DNA of 64,000 nucleotides, from assembly GCA_951406725.2 (NCBI GenBank), contig OX597820.1:32922001-32986000 (forward strand), written 5' to 3'. Under the pieces are notes generated by a model. The model had not been told where the DNA came from and made no database searches. It saw only the letters and a program-made list of their open reading frames with translations. The DNA comes from Octopus vulgaris. Lineage: Eukaryota. Both the position numbers and the translations under genes were made by a program. This document shows positions 13,668-26,455 of the stretch, piece after piece; the stretch's first letter is position 1, and each line of letters begins with the position of its first letter.

Positions 13668-14478
13668 ACCGACGGTTTAGAATTTTGTTCTACCATGCAC
13701 ACCGTGAAGGATTTCGGAGACGACAATAGTGACAGAAGCGGGGCATGGCTGAAAACACGCTCTTTCCTCGCCTCTTCTTGTGTTCGTCACCCTTGTGAAA
13801 CGGGCCAGGCATGTGGTAGTTTGCTTGCACAGGACAGGGTCATTCAAACCCTTCGAAGAGTGGGGCTAGATAAAACCCACTGTCTTGCTGCACCAAATAC
13901 TGTGCCGCGAAACCTCTGGTGCTGACATGAGCTTTGTGATTGGAGTGTGAAAGATTTATTATTTTCCCCTCATTTTTGCAACTACTTTTTTTTTTTACTG
14001 TTTAAAAAAACATTTTTACACACACCATAAAAAAAAAGGAGAACAATTAAAATTGGAAAATTTTTAAAGAAATAAACTTTTTACAGAAATATATTGTACT
14101 GTGGAGTATTAATGGCTAGAAAAACCACTTTATTTTCTCTTTCTCTTTTTTAAATTCAAAATTTTTTTTTTTTTTTTACAACGTATAGCCCTTCTCCACC
14201 CCATGAAAAAACGATCACCATTACCACCTCACTGTTATATTTCTCAAATTCAGACAATTACATACAAAACCCCATAGTGTGTTGGATTCATCAATTCACC
14301 AAGAACAAACTCTGAATATATATTGTTTTACAAATTCTTTTATTAACGACCAAACACACTAATTTCTCAAAGACATTCAGTAATGTGTTATTTGTTCATA
14401 TTGATCATCATAATAATAATGATAATAATTATTATTATTACAATTATATACTGTCAATTTAACATTTAAAAAAATAAT

Positions 14479-14484
14479 AATAAA
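14479..14484 (+). terminator. Candidate polyadenylation signal of the KLF gene (alternative AATAAA at 14071-14076)
   Basis: AATAAA followed ~35 nt later by a U/GU-rich tract (TTTTGTTGTTATTTTTG), just before repeat-rich sequence begins. Confidence 0.45.
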
Positions 14485-14671
14485 ATGGACAACTGTCTTT
14501 ATTTTATATATACATATATCTTTTGTTGTTATTTTTGCATTGTTACATTATATCTTATTTTGTTAATCATGTGTATATACAATATGTATGTATATGATAT
14601 ATATTATTCACAATATGAGTCTATACATTGTTTGCATATATAATATGCTTATGTGTATATATTTTAACCAA

Positions 14672-15050
14672 TAGGCATAGGAGTGGCTGTGTAGTAAGTA
14701 GTTTGCTTGCTTATGAACCACATGGTTCCAGGTTCAGTCCCACTGAGTGGCACCTTGGGCAAGTGTCTTCTACTATAGCCTTGGGCCAACCAAAGCCTTG
14801 TGAATGGATTTGATACACAGAAACTGAAAGAAGCCCATCATATATGTGTCTGTGTTTGTCCCCTCAACATTACTTGACAACCAATGCTGGTGTGTTGATG
14901 TCCCCGTAACCTAGTGGTTCGGCAAAAGGGACAGATAGAAGAAGTACTAGGCTTACAAAGAATAAGTCCTGGGGGTCGATTTGGTCGACAAAAGGCGGTG
15001 TTCCAGCATGACCACAGCCAAATGGCTGAAACAAGTAAAACAGAAAAAGA
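14672..15050 (+). mobile_element. tRNA-derived SINE family A, full length
   Basis: A-box-like TGGCTGTGTAGT and B-box-like GGTTCAGTCCC head, central GT tract, CAAGTAAAA tail; homologous copies throughout the window. Confidence 0.85.
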
Positions 15051-15404
15051 ATAATACAACACGACAATATATACATATATATATATATATATATTATATA
15101 GTCTATATTATATATGTATGAATATGTGTACATATTTTAATTGATAATGCAACACAAATTATATATTTTATTATGTATTCATATAATAATTATGCATATA
15201 ACATATATTGTATAGTTTGACTGATGGTTTTTTTGGTGGAGTTGCATTTGTGTTATTCTTTTATTGTGCATAGATTTTAATATCACCTGACTAAAAAAAA
15301 AAAAGCATTTTGCAGAATGGATAGAGCCTCTATTGGTGTTTTGTGTTCCAAGTTCAAATCCTGCTGAAGTTAACGTTGCCTTTCATTGCTTTGTTTCTTG
15401 TTTC

Positions 15405-15790
15405 TCTATTGCCCACAAGGGACTAAACATAGAGGGGACAAACAAAGGGATTAAGTCGATTACATCGACCCCAGTGGGTAACTGGTACTTTAATTATCAA
15501 CCTCGAAAGGATGAAAGGCAAAGTAGACCTCGGTGGAATTTGAACTCAGAACGTAAAGACATGAAATACCTATTTCTTTACTACCCACAAGGGGCTAAAC
15601 ATAGAGTGGACAGACAAAGGAATTAAGTCGATTACATCGACCCCAGTGGGTAACTGGTATTTAATTTATCGACCCCGAAAGGATGAAAGACAAAGTCGAC
15701 CTCGGCGGAATTTGAACTCAGAACGTAACGGCAGACGAAATACCACTAAGCATTTTGCCCGGCACGCTAACGTTTCTACCAGCTCACCGC
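15405..15790 (-). mobile_element. SINE family B head-to-tail dimer
   Basis: Two tandem ~180 bp units, reverse complement of 38257-38490, joined at GAAATAC/CTATTTC (~15565). Confidence 0.85.
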
Positions 15791-15889
15791 TTTGTTTCTA
15801 TAAGATAAAGTACCAGCCAGATACTGGGGTCAATGTGATTGACCATTTCCCTCCTGATCCCTGCATATTTCAAACTTTGTGGCTATATT

Positions 15890-16870
15890 AGAAAGTGGTG
15901 TCATGGATTAACCAAAGCATTAGAACATCAGGAAAAATGCCTAGCAATATTTGTTCCAGCTCTATTTTCTGAGTTCAACATTGCCTTTCCCTCTGGGGTT
16001 AATAAAGTACCAGTTATATATTGAGGTTGCTGATATCAGCTAAGCCTCTCTTTTCAAATCTTCTGGCCCTGTGCCTTAATGAGAAACCCTTAAAATCTGC
16101 AAAGTAACAGAATTGTTAAATCACAAAATCTACAGTTTGATGTTCATTCCAGTTCTTCACATTCTGGGTTCAGAGTTGATAAAATAAAGTACCTATCAAG
16201 TACTGGGGTTGATGTAACTGACTTGCCCCCTCCACTCAAAATTGCTGGCCTTGTGCCAAAATTTGATACAATTTTAAGGCAGAATTATTAGTGCACCAGA
16301 CAAAATGTTTAGTGTCGTTTCTTTCAGTTCTTTACGTTGAGAGTTCAAATCCTGCCATGGTTAATTTTTCCTTTCATTCTTTCACGGTAAATATAATAAT
16401 GTACCAGTTGAACACTGGGGTTGATACAACTGATTTACTCCACTTGATGGCCTTGTGCAAAAATATGAAACCATTATTATCAATAGCATGCTGGGTAAAA
16501 TGCTCAACAGTATTTTGTTCATCCTTTCTTCCTGAGTTCAAATTCCACTGGAGTCAACTTTGCCTTTCATCCTTTCAGGGTCAAGAAAATAAGTTCCAGT
16601 TTTAGACTGGAGTCGGTTTTGAACTTAACCCCTACCCTGAAATTTCAGGCCTTGTTTTTATAGTAGAAAGGATTATAATTAATTTTTTAAGACAGTGAGT
16701 TGGCAGTATCATTAGCATGCCAGTCAAAATGCTTAGCAGCATTTCATCCATCTTTACATTGTGAGTTCAAATCCTGCTGAGGTCGACTTTGCGTTTCATC
16801 CACGTGAAGTCAATGTCCCCTCCTGCAAAATTTCATGCCTTATGCCTATAACAAAAAAGATCATCATCAG
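15890..16870 (+). mobile_element. Cluster of ~5 old degenerate SINE family B copies
   Basis: Repeated GAGTTCAAAT...CCTTTCAT...AAGTACCAG...CTGGGGTTGAT...GGCCTTGTG blocks. Confidence 0.65.
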
Positions 16871-17603
16871 CATTATGGTTTGACAGAGTCCTTAGAGTAG
16901 TGTTTCTCAACCAGGGTTCTGTAAAAGGTTCCCTGAGAAAGAGAGATCAGCTAATGCTAATTTCACGATTGTAATATTTACTATACATGCACACTACTAT
17001 TGGTTATTGTACTATAGGCACCATCCTATCTAACCTATTATGTTATTAAAAATCTATAGATATATGATATTTACCACATGAACTACGATGAAAAGAATAT
17101 GAGAAAGATATGATATACAATCAGGTTTTTTTTTGTGCTGGGGTTTGTTTTAAGGGTTAAATTTCCTTCAACTCGTACCCTACTGTCTTAAAAACATGAG
17201 AACACATAATGTAGGACTAGTTACATTATTTTCAAATTAAAGAGAGCTAGTCAAGGCTGAATTGTTTTCACTCGATTATCTCTGACCTGACCCAGGGTTG
17301 AACAATGAGAAAGTAGTATCTATGTGATTGCTTGAACTGCAAAGAAATAACAGCCAAATTTTCCGCAAATCACACCTGTTTTAGTGGAGGTGAGAGAAAA
17401 ACACAGATCAATGGTTAACAAACTGAATATACCAAGGCACACACATCCATTCCAAAATATAACTGAAATATTTGCTCAACCCTTCTGATATCAACTTGCC
17501 TGAAACTGTACCTGGCTCTATGATACAAATATGTTTTTAAATTATCTAAATTAAAACTTTTTATCATAGTTTATGCTCATTTATATCTCAAACACTAGCT
17601 TAA

Positions 17604-17829
17604 CCCTTTTGTTATAATATTATTATTTTGAGATGCTCTGTGTTTCTTTCAATTAATTTTAAATGTAACAAAGAATTTAATAAAATAATTTAGTTATCAT
17701 TAAGCTAGTGTTAGGAACATAAATTGTTACTAAGGTTTGGTGGAAGACTTTAATTCAAAACTTATGAAAAACAAAACATTTGTTACTACAGAGCCAGAGG
17801 CAGTTTCAGCTGGGTTGCTATCAAAAGGG
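17604..17829. mobile_element. piggyBac-like MITE nested in an older copy of the same family (~17478-17922)
   Basis: TTAA on both sides (17600-17603, 17830-17833) and CCCTTTTG...CAAAAGGG terminal inverted repeats. Confidence 0.7.
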
Positions 17830-18224
17830 TTAACAATGATAGTTACTTCCGTAAATTCTTCATAATTTTCAATAGAAACAAAGGCAGTGTGTTTCAACTG
17901 AAATATAAGAACACGTGGGTTAATGAGAAGACAAGATGGAGTAAGCTTTCATATGATATTTCTTTATTCACCACACACTGAATAAGTTTTAAAAAATTGG
18001 AAACTTTATGGTACTTTGCTTCTACTTAGACCCTTTCCTTTTCAATTCTTACCGGCTTCCCCACTGATGTTTCCTGTGAATTGTGTACTTATGCATGTGC
18101 ACATCATCGCCATCATTTTAACGTCCACTTTTCCATGCATGCATGGAAAGTGGATGTTAAACAATGATGATGATGATATATATGTATGTATGTATGTATA
18201 TATATATATATACAATAATAATAT

Positions 18225-18560
18225 AGGGTGAAATCAATTAATTTGGAGTAATCATTAATTTCACCAAGTAGATATCGGCATGTAAAAGCCCCATTCGAGG
18301 AAGGTTTAAGTAATACTAAGTAATTAAGGGTTTAGCAACGATTTGCCTCACCACACACCGAATTTAGAAATAGCAGTCAAAGAGTTATGGCTATTCTTTC
18401 TACTTAAAAGAGAGATCTCAGTAAAACCACACTTTTAAGTGCTGTGGTTTTACTGAGATCTCTCTTTTAAGTAGAAAGAATAGCCATAACTCTTTGACTG
18501 CTATTTCTAAATTCGGTGTGTGGTGAGGCAAATCGTTGCTAAACCCTTAATTACTTAGTA
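18225..18560 (-). mobile_element. (TA)n-embedded foldback element (Penelope-like derivative)
   Basis: 118-bp arms 18314-18431 / 18443-18560 that look perfectly complementary, 11-nt loop, plus a ~90 bp one-sided tail homologous to the tails at 24125, 27730, 46165 and 47240. Confidence 0.75.
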
Positions 18561-19140
18561 TATATATATACACATACACATGTATGTATATGTGTGTGTA
18601 TGTGTTTATATGGAAGGCTTCTTTCCGTTTCTATCTACCAAATCCACTTCCAAAATTAGTCAACTTGGAACTATAGTAAAAGTCACTTGCCCAAGGTGCC
18701 ACATAATGAGACTAAATGCAGACCATGTGGTTAGGAAGCAAATTTCTTACCACTCAACCACATCTGCATGGAAAAGCATGAAAATATTGCACACACACAT
18801 TTTCAAAATGAAATCAGATTCTTTTCTAATCGAAGAAATTTTGAAGAATTGTTACTCTCATGGGTGCAACACCTACTTTGCAAAGAAGGGAAAATTTTCC
18901 ACACAAATTCAAATTTCAGTGTACATCTACAGCAAAAGAAATTTAATGGGTGTAGTCGCTTCTTTCCTTCTTTGAGAAATACTGGATTAGATAATGCAGT
19001 CATAGATTAAATACACCTAAAAATGCTGGATGGTCACAACTGTTGGCTAAATTATCATATTGAGTGTATGTGTGGTTGTGAGGTTAAAATGGTACTTGGC
19101 CTTTCTCATGGGACAAATGTGACAGCCAAAGACATGAAAT

Positions 19141-19530
19141 AGGCGTAGGAGTGGCTGTGTGGTACGTAGCTTGCTTCCCAACCACATGGTTCCAGGTTCA
19201 GTCCCTGTGCGTGGCACCTTGGGCAAGTGTCTTCTACTATAGCCTCGGGCCAACCAAAACCTTGTGAGTGGATTTGGTAGACGGAAACTGAAAGAAGTCC
19301 GTCGTACAGATGTATATGTTGGTGTGTCTGTGTTTGTCCCCCCCACCAACATCGCTTGACAACCGACACTGATGTGTTTATGTCCCCGTAACTTAGTGGT
19401 TCAGCAAAAGGGACTGATAGAATAAGTACTAGGCTTACAAAGACTAAGTCCTGGGGTCAATTTGGTCGACTAATGGCGGTGCTCCAGCATGGCTGCAGTC
19501 AAATGGCTGAAACAAGTAAAAGAGTAAAAT
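19141..19530 (+). mobile_element. SINE family A, full length
   Basis: Homologous over its full length to 14672-15050 and 51779-52195. Confidence 0.88.
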
Positions 19531-20028
19531 CAGCTAAGCTGTAAATCTTGAATATTTACAAGAATTCTGTTCATTTTTCACAGTAAAGTTTGACCACCTA
19601 GGTAAATATTAGACCAAAAGATTTTCTACATGAAACTGTATGCTGAATTTTTTGAAGGGGATTGTGGAAGTGTGGTAAGAAGCTTGCTTCCCAACTACAT
19701 GGTTCTAGGTTCAGTTCCACTGTGTGGCACCTTGAACAGGTGTCTTCTACGATAGCCTCAGGCTGGCCAAAGCCATATGTGTCATGCTGAGGGACTGAAC
19801 CTGGAACCATGTTGATTTGTTTACATCCCCATAACTTAGTAGCTCAGTAATAGAGATCAATAGAATAAGTACCAGGCTTAGTACTGGGGCTAAATTAGTT
19901 TGACTGAAGCCTTCAAGGCATTTCTCCAACACAACTTCAATCCATTGACTGAAACAAGTGAAAAATAAAACATTTTTATATACATCCGTATATATGGCAG
20001 GATTCTTCCATATATATATATATATATA

Positions 20029-20264
20029 CAGGGTGGCCCAAAAGTAGGTTTACAGTTATTCAACTATCTCTTTCACATTCATATATTAACAGTTTAGATA
20101 TTAATTATAAAAACAAAATGAAACCATTATTCTATGCTAATTTAGTTAATTTTGTCGAGTTCCCTTTTCAGTTTGTAAGAAAGAAATTTAAATATATTAA
20201 AATGTTTTAAAAGAAATTTAAAGTGCCTACGTGATAACTGTAAACCTACTTTGGGGCCACCCTG
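20029..20264. mobile_element. Tc1/mariner-type MITE; its right end is duplicated again at ~20365-20453
   Basis: TA|CAGGGTGGCCCAAAAGTAGGTTTACAGTTAT ... ATAACTGTAAACCTACTTTGGGGCCACCCTG|TA. Confidence 0.85.
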
Positions 20265-20296
<32 letters not shown>

Positions 20297-20769
20297 TAGA
20301 CAGATATATGAAAATATATGCTAATACACATAAATATCAGTGGTATAAGGTGGTTAATTAATTTTTTCAGTTTTTAAGAAAGAAATTTAAATGTAATAAA
20401 AGAAATTTAAAGTGCCTATGTGATAACTGTAAACCTACTTTGGGGCCACCCTGTATATATATATATATAGAGAGAGACAAATATATGCTAATACACACAC
20501 ATAAATATCAATGGTGTACAGTGGTTATTAAACTGGGAGTGTTGCCACACCCATTGCCACCAAATTTCAAGTTAGAATATACCAAAATTTTCCATTAAGA
20601 CTTGTAATTAAATTAATGAGTAAGGTTAATGTTCATAATGAATTTGCCACATTCAATGGGTGTGCAGTGCACAGCTAGCACATCCAGAATATACACCCCT
20701 GAAAAATATGTATATATGATGCATAGACAAGAAATGAACATATATACTAACACACATACACACACACAT

Positions 20770-20990
20770 ATGAAGGGGTGCTGGAAAGTTCCTGGCTTTA
20801 AGGGCATTGCAAAAACCTGGTTGGAGACCCAACCTTCCAAGTTCTTTTACTGGGCTTAGAAAAACTGAAGGGCCACTGCAATAAGTGTGAGAATCTGAGA
20901 GGGGAGTATGTTGAACAAAATCATTATTAACTGATCCTCTTGTATTTTCTTCTATCCAGAGCCAGGAAATCTTCTGCACCTACCCCATAT
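20770..20990. mobile_element. Degenerate mariner-like MITE
   Basis: GGGGTGCTGGAAAGTTCCTGGC ... GCCAGGAAATCTTCTGCACC imperfect TIRs in TA context. Confidence 0.55.
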
Positions 20991-21107
20991 GTGTACACAT
21001 ACACACACACACACATATAGATGTAGAGATAGATAGATATAGATATATATGTATCTATATACATATATAAATGTATGTATGTATATATATATAGGAGTGT
21101 GTATTCC

Positions 21108-21285
21108 ACTTTGACTCAGCTCCACATGATTTAAAGCTTTGTGGGCATGTAAGACACATCTACATCACAAGGTGTTTGTAGGCGGAGGTAGTTTAATTAA
21201 ATGTTCCCTGCCCTACATGCTAACGAGATGGACGTGTCCTACCCGCCCACTAATCCTTTAAGTCATGTGAAGCTGAGTCAAAGTG
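21108..21285. repeat. Short foldback with ~30-bp inverted arms
   Basis: CACTTTGACTCAGCTCCACATGATTTAAAG / CTTTAAGTCATGTGAAGCTGAGTCAAAGTG. Confidence 0.7.
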
Positions 21286-21520
21286 TTATTATATACATGT
21301 TACATAAGGTGGTGAGCTGGCAGAATCGTTAGCATGCCAGGCAAAATGCTTAGTGGTATTTCGTCTATCTTTACAGTCTGAGTTCAAATTCTGCCAAGAT
21401 TGACTTTGCCTTTCATCGGGGTCAATAAATTAAGTACCAGTTGCACACCGGGGAAGATTATATACATGTAACTCCAACCAAATCCATTAAGTACTACTTT
21501 ATTTAATTTGATCGCTCACT

Positions 21521-21551
<31 letters not shown>

Positions 21552-22334
21552 CATACATGTGTGCATGTATGTATATACTCGTATATACGTATTTATTCAT
21601 ATATCTATTATAAGGCATGGCTATGTGATAAGAGACTCACTTCACAACCACATGGTTCCAGGTTCAGTCCTACTGCATGGCACCTTGGCCAAGTGTCTTC
21701 TACTATAGTCTTGGGCCATCCAAAGCCTATTGTATGTATATATATATATATATATATATGTGTCTATATGGGTTGTCATTATGCTTGACAAGTGATGTTG
21801 GTGTGTTTGTTCCTGTAACTTAGCGGGTCAGCAAAAGAGAATGATGGAATAACTACCAGGTTTAAAAAATATGAACTGGGGTCGATTCATTCGACTAAAA
21901 ATTCAAGGTGCTGCCCCAGCATGGCCACAGTCTGGTAACTGAAACACGGGAAAAATAAAAGCTAAAAGATACATATACCTTTTCTCTTATTTTTTATTTG
22001 TTTCAGTTACCAGACTGTGGCCATGCTGGGGCACAGCCTTGAGGAATTTTTAGTCAAAAGTATTGACTCCAATACTTACCTTTTATTTCTCTTGAACCCT
22101 GGCACTTATTATATCAATCTCTTTTACCAAACCACTATGTTATGTGGATGTAAACTCACCAGTACCAGTTGTCAAGTGGTGGTGGGGGGGCAAGCACAGA
22201 CACAGAGACACATACACACACACAAACACACAGATGTGTATATATGTGTGTGTGTGTATATATATATTGTTTACATCAAAAGTTTAGACATATGTATATA
22301 TGTATATCTATGTTGTTTACATCATAAGAATTCA

Positions 22335-22710
22335 GGAGCAGGTGTGTGGTAAGTAGCTTGCTTACCAACCACATGGTTCCGGGTTCAGTCCCACTTGGGC
22401 AAGTATCTTCTACTATAGCCTCGGGCCAACCAAAGCCTTGTGAGTGGATTTGGTAGACGGAAACTGAATGAGGCTCATCATATATATATGTGTGTGTGTG
22501 TCTGTGTTTGTTTCCCCCACCCCAACATCACTTGACAACCGATGGTAGTGTGTTTACGTTCCTGTAACTTAGCAGTTTGGCAAAAGTGACTGATAGCATA
22601 AGTACTAGGCTTACAAAGAATAATTCCTGGGGTCAATTTGCTCGACTAAAGGCGGTGCTCCAGCATGGCCACAGTCAAATGACTGAAACAAGTAAAAGAA
22701 TAAAAGAGGG
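22335..22710 (+). mobile_element. SINE family A
   Basis: Full-length homology to 19141-19530. Confidence 0.85.
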
Positions 22711-22919
22711 AAAGAGTAGAGACTTGTTTACATCATAAGAATTTAGAAACATAAAGAAAGCATGAACTAACTCATTATTAATAATTGATAAAGCTATGGA
22801 TAAGCCTTCAACTTATTGTATCCAAAGACTTGTTTTAGCCTACTGTTTACATGTTATTATTCATAGCATTATTAAAAATAAATTCTTTCCTCTGTCTATC
22901 TATCTATCTATCTATCTAT

Positions 22920-23360
22920 CATCATCATCATCATCATCATTTAGCATCCGTTTTCCATGCTAGCATGGGTTGGACGGTTCAACTGGGGTCTGGCAAGCCC
23001 GAAGGCTGCACCAGGCCAGTCAGATCTGGCAGTGTTTCTACAGCTGGATGCCCTTCCTAACGCCAACCACTCCGAGAGTATTTTATGTGCCACCGACACA
23101 GGTGCCAGACGAGGCTGGCGAACGGCTACGCTCGGATGGTGTTTTTATGTGCCACTGACACAGATGCCAGACGAGGCTGGCAGACGGCCACGCTCGGATG
23201 GTGTTTTTATGGGCCACGCTCGGATGGTGTTTTTATGGGCCACGCTCGGATGGTGTTTTTATGTGCCACCGACACAGGTGCCAGACGAGGCTGGCAGACG
23301 GCCACGCTCGGATGGTGTTTTTATGTGCCACCGACACAGGTGCCAGATGAGGCTGGCGGA
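22920..23360 (-). mobile_element. 3' UTR fragment of an RTE-type LINE with internal ~62-bp minisatellite and (GAT)n tail
   Basis: Near-identical inverted copy of 27285-27720; tandem unit TTTTATGTGCCACCGACACAGGTGCCAGACGAGGCTGGC...GCTCGGATGGTG. Confidence 0.8.
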
Positions 23361-23377
23361 TATATATATATATATAT

Positions 23378-23414
<37 letters not shown>

Positions 23415-23445
23415 GAATGGAGTTGAACGACTAGTTAACAAATAT

Positions 23446-23540
23446 CCTTTATTCTTGACATATGTTTCGAAGGCTGCATATTCCTAATTCCGAAGGAATA
23501 AGGAGTACATTATGCAGATTTCTCATCAGGAAAATCAAGG
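23446..23540 (-). ncRNA. Type I hammerhead ribozyme motif (Penelope-like)
   Basis: Minus strand: CCTTGATTTTC-CTGATGA-GAA..CTGCATA..TATGCAG..TTC-GAAACATATGTC^AAGAATAAAGG; intact core, long helix II, imperfect helix I (first pair C.A). Confidence 0.7.
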
Positions 23541-24082
23541 AACTTATGTCGACATCAAAATGCACAAAAAACTTTTAGCTGACCGCTCTCAAGGAGCCCA
23601 TGGCGATAATGAGTGTCTCTTTATAAGGAGTGACAAATTTGTTTCATCACTCAAAAAACATGTAAATAACTTTTATTATCATTTTTAATAATAAATAAAT
23701 TACTTTCATGTCTTTCGTTACGCCAAGATTTACATTTAACATAAAATTCATTTCACCTGATGACATAGCTGAAACTCTTCATTATTTTGAAAGAAATTTT
23801 TACATTTTGTATCTTTGCAGATATGTAATTTATTTATTATTTATTAAATACGATAATATAAGTTATTTACCTGCTTTTTGAGTTATGAAACAAGTTTGTC
23901 ATGATATTTGGATTTTTTATTGTTAAATAAAGATTCATTAAAATATTTCTCAGTCATTTTTGACTATATACACTCCTTTTCTCTTGTATATCACAATATA
24001 TTTTATATGGTTTATACAATGACACATGAAGGACCTTTTATATGAGTACTACTGGATTACTTGACTCCATATAGTGTGACTT

Positions 24083-24121
<39 letters not shown>

Positions 24122-24124
24122 TAA

Positions 24125-24570
24125 TATCAAAGGGTAATTAGAAATATTTGAAATTTCCATTATCAGTGGCCTAGCATGTAAAAATTTAGTCAATAGACTA
24201 TATATTATTCATACAAATACAGTGTACATTTAAACACACAAGAGGCATCCATCATAGGATTCCTTGCATGCTAGAGAGGACAGTTAAATTCCAAACCTAG
24301 GGATAAAATTTCGAAGGGAATGAAAAATAAAAACATTTACCATCTAACTCTTGGACCAATGGTTTCAGACTTTTGCTAGACGAATTCTTCTTTAGCAGGT
24401 ATATCTTAGATTAAATATATATACACAACGCAATCCAGTATATGCCCCAGTTTTTATTTTTCAGTCCCTTCGAAATTTTATCCCTAATCATGGTTTGGAG
24501 TTTAACAGTCCTCTTTAACGTGCAAGGAATCCTAAGATAGATGCCTCTTGTGTGTTTAAATGTACACTGT
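24125..24570 (-). mobile_element. (TA)n-embedded foldback element with a mutated hammerhead in the loop
   Basis: Arms ~24219-24333 / ~24450-24570, tail 24125-24218; loop on - reads CCTG-CTAAAGA-AGA..TCT-GAAACCATTGGTC^CAAG. Confidence 0.7.
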
Positions 24571-24591
24571 ATATATATATATATATATATA

Positions 24592-25810
24592 AATCTTGAT
24601 TTCAGTAAAGTGTTCAACCAAGTCGACCACAATATCCTATTGTCAAAATAGTCGAATGTTGGAATCTGTGGAAAACTATACTGGATTGAGTATTTCCTGG
24701 AGAACAGAGCACAACATGTTGCGATCAGTGGAATCCACCCAATCCCAGAAAAAAGTTATCAGTGGTGTCCCTCAGGAGACTGTCTTGGGACCCCTTCTCT
24801 TTATAGACTATATAAATGGCCTTTCCAGCACCATAAAATACAGCAAAGTGAAAATATTCACTGTTGACTCCAAGCTCCAGAAAATTATCAGTGAAGAAGA
24901 AGACTGAACTCAACTCCAGTCTGATCTATATGCTGTGAGTCAATGGGCAGACAAAAACAAAATGCAACTGAACGAGGGAAAATTTGAGCTGACACATTTT
25001 GGAAGAAGGACTATGCTAAAACAGCCATACTCTCTTCCTTCAGGGGAACCTTTCATAGCATCTAATAATATCAGAAACCTAGGAGTAATTGTTGACAACA
25101 ATCTCAGCCGAAATGCCCACATCAACAATAAGGTTGATATAGCTCATAGGATGAGCACTTGGATCCAGAGGACAAGGTGTCATCATTCCTCTTTCTCCTC
25201 CTTTGTATGGTCACACCTCTAATACCGCTGTCCCCTGTGGTCTCCCCATACAAAACAAAACATTTCAAAAACTGAAACATCCCAGAAGACATTCACTAAA
25301 AGAATTAAGGGCATGAGTGATCTTGATAATTGGGACCACCTTAAAGCATTGAAACTCTATTCTCTCCAGCACCACTATGAGTGATACATCATTTGCATGA
25401 TGTGGAGAATACACCATCAGCATTGCCCAAATGACCTCAACATTAGCTTTAAAATTCATCCAAGGCTAGGACCACGGGGCATATGTCCCCTACCCATTTC
25501 AAGATCACTGCCACACAATTTCTTTTCCTCAACAGGCCCTGCTCTATTTAACATTGTTCCGAAATAGATCAAAGAGGGAAAGGATTCCTTCACCTTTAGA
25601 TGAAATCTGGACAAATTTCTTCAAGGAATACCAGATAAGCCACCTATACCTGGATACAACCCATTCAACAAGAACTCCCTATTCGAGTTAACCATGATAC
25701 CATAAAACTTGACTTAAAAAGGATTTAGCTAAACCTATCAGGTGGTGCTATTAAGCTAGACATGGCATGGACCAATCTTTGGTCGAAATATATCTAAGTT
25801 ATCTAAGTTT
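24592..25810 (+). mobile_element. 5'-truncated, decayed CR1/L2-group LINE (RT and C-terminus)
   Basis: Frameshifted peptides LDFSKVFNQVDH, SGVPQETVLGPLLF, WADKNKMQLNEGKFE, NLGVIVDNNLS; ends in tandem ATCTAAGTT. Confidence 0.88.
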
Positions 25811-26015
25811 TATATAAGCTTGCATGTGTGCGTGTGTGTGTGTGTGTGTATATACACACACACATGTGTGTATGTGTGTGTACTTAGATAAATTTTCAAC
25901 CAGAATTGGCCCAGGCCATGTCTAACGTAATAGTACCACCTGGAAAAAACATTTAATGTTTCATATTACATTCATTCTTTGAGCACCTTAACCCAATATG
26001 TATACATACACACAC

Positions 26016-26116
<101 letters not shown>

Positions 26117-26455
26117 TGTATAAATATATATACACATACATGTATGTATGTGTTACATAACATATATACACTCACATATATATAACACAAACAGAGGGGG
26201 AGAGAAAGAGAGAGAGTGAAGGTAAAAAGTTTAGAAGCATGAACAGGAATAATTTCTAGTATGATAGAAATAGGATAGCTACCATCAATAACTTCTCTTA
26301 GTTGCTGATATCTTATATCGCCGTAATGATTACTCTTGCCTTTTCTATGTCTCTCCGTTTCAGCTAATTATATTCCCACCACATTTGATCATCATTTTTT
26401 TTTTTTTATTTTGCACACAGACATAGATGCCTATATACAGGAATCAATACACACA

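Noticed and set aside
13369-13925. Track ORFs overlapping the last KLF exon and 3' UTR
   Set aside because: Wrong frames; the true frame is set by the phase-1 splice at 13480
14672-14760. tRNA genes at SINE heads (families A, B and C)
   Set aside because: A/B boxes present but no complete cloverleaf; each continues into a multi-copy SINE body
23080-23360. CRISPR-like regularly spaced repeats (also 27285-27560)
   Set aside because: Contiguous tandem units without unique spacers, no cas genes, eukaryotic retroelement context
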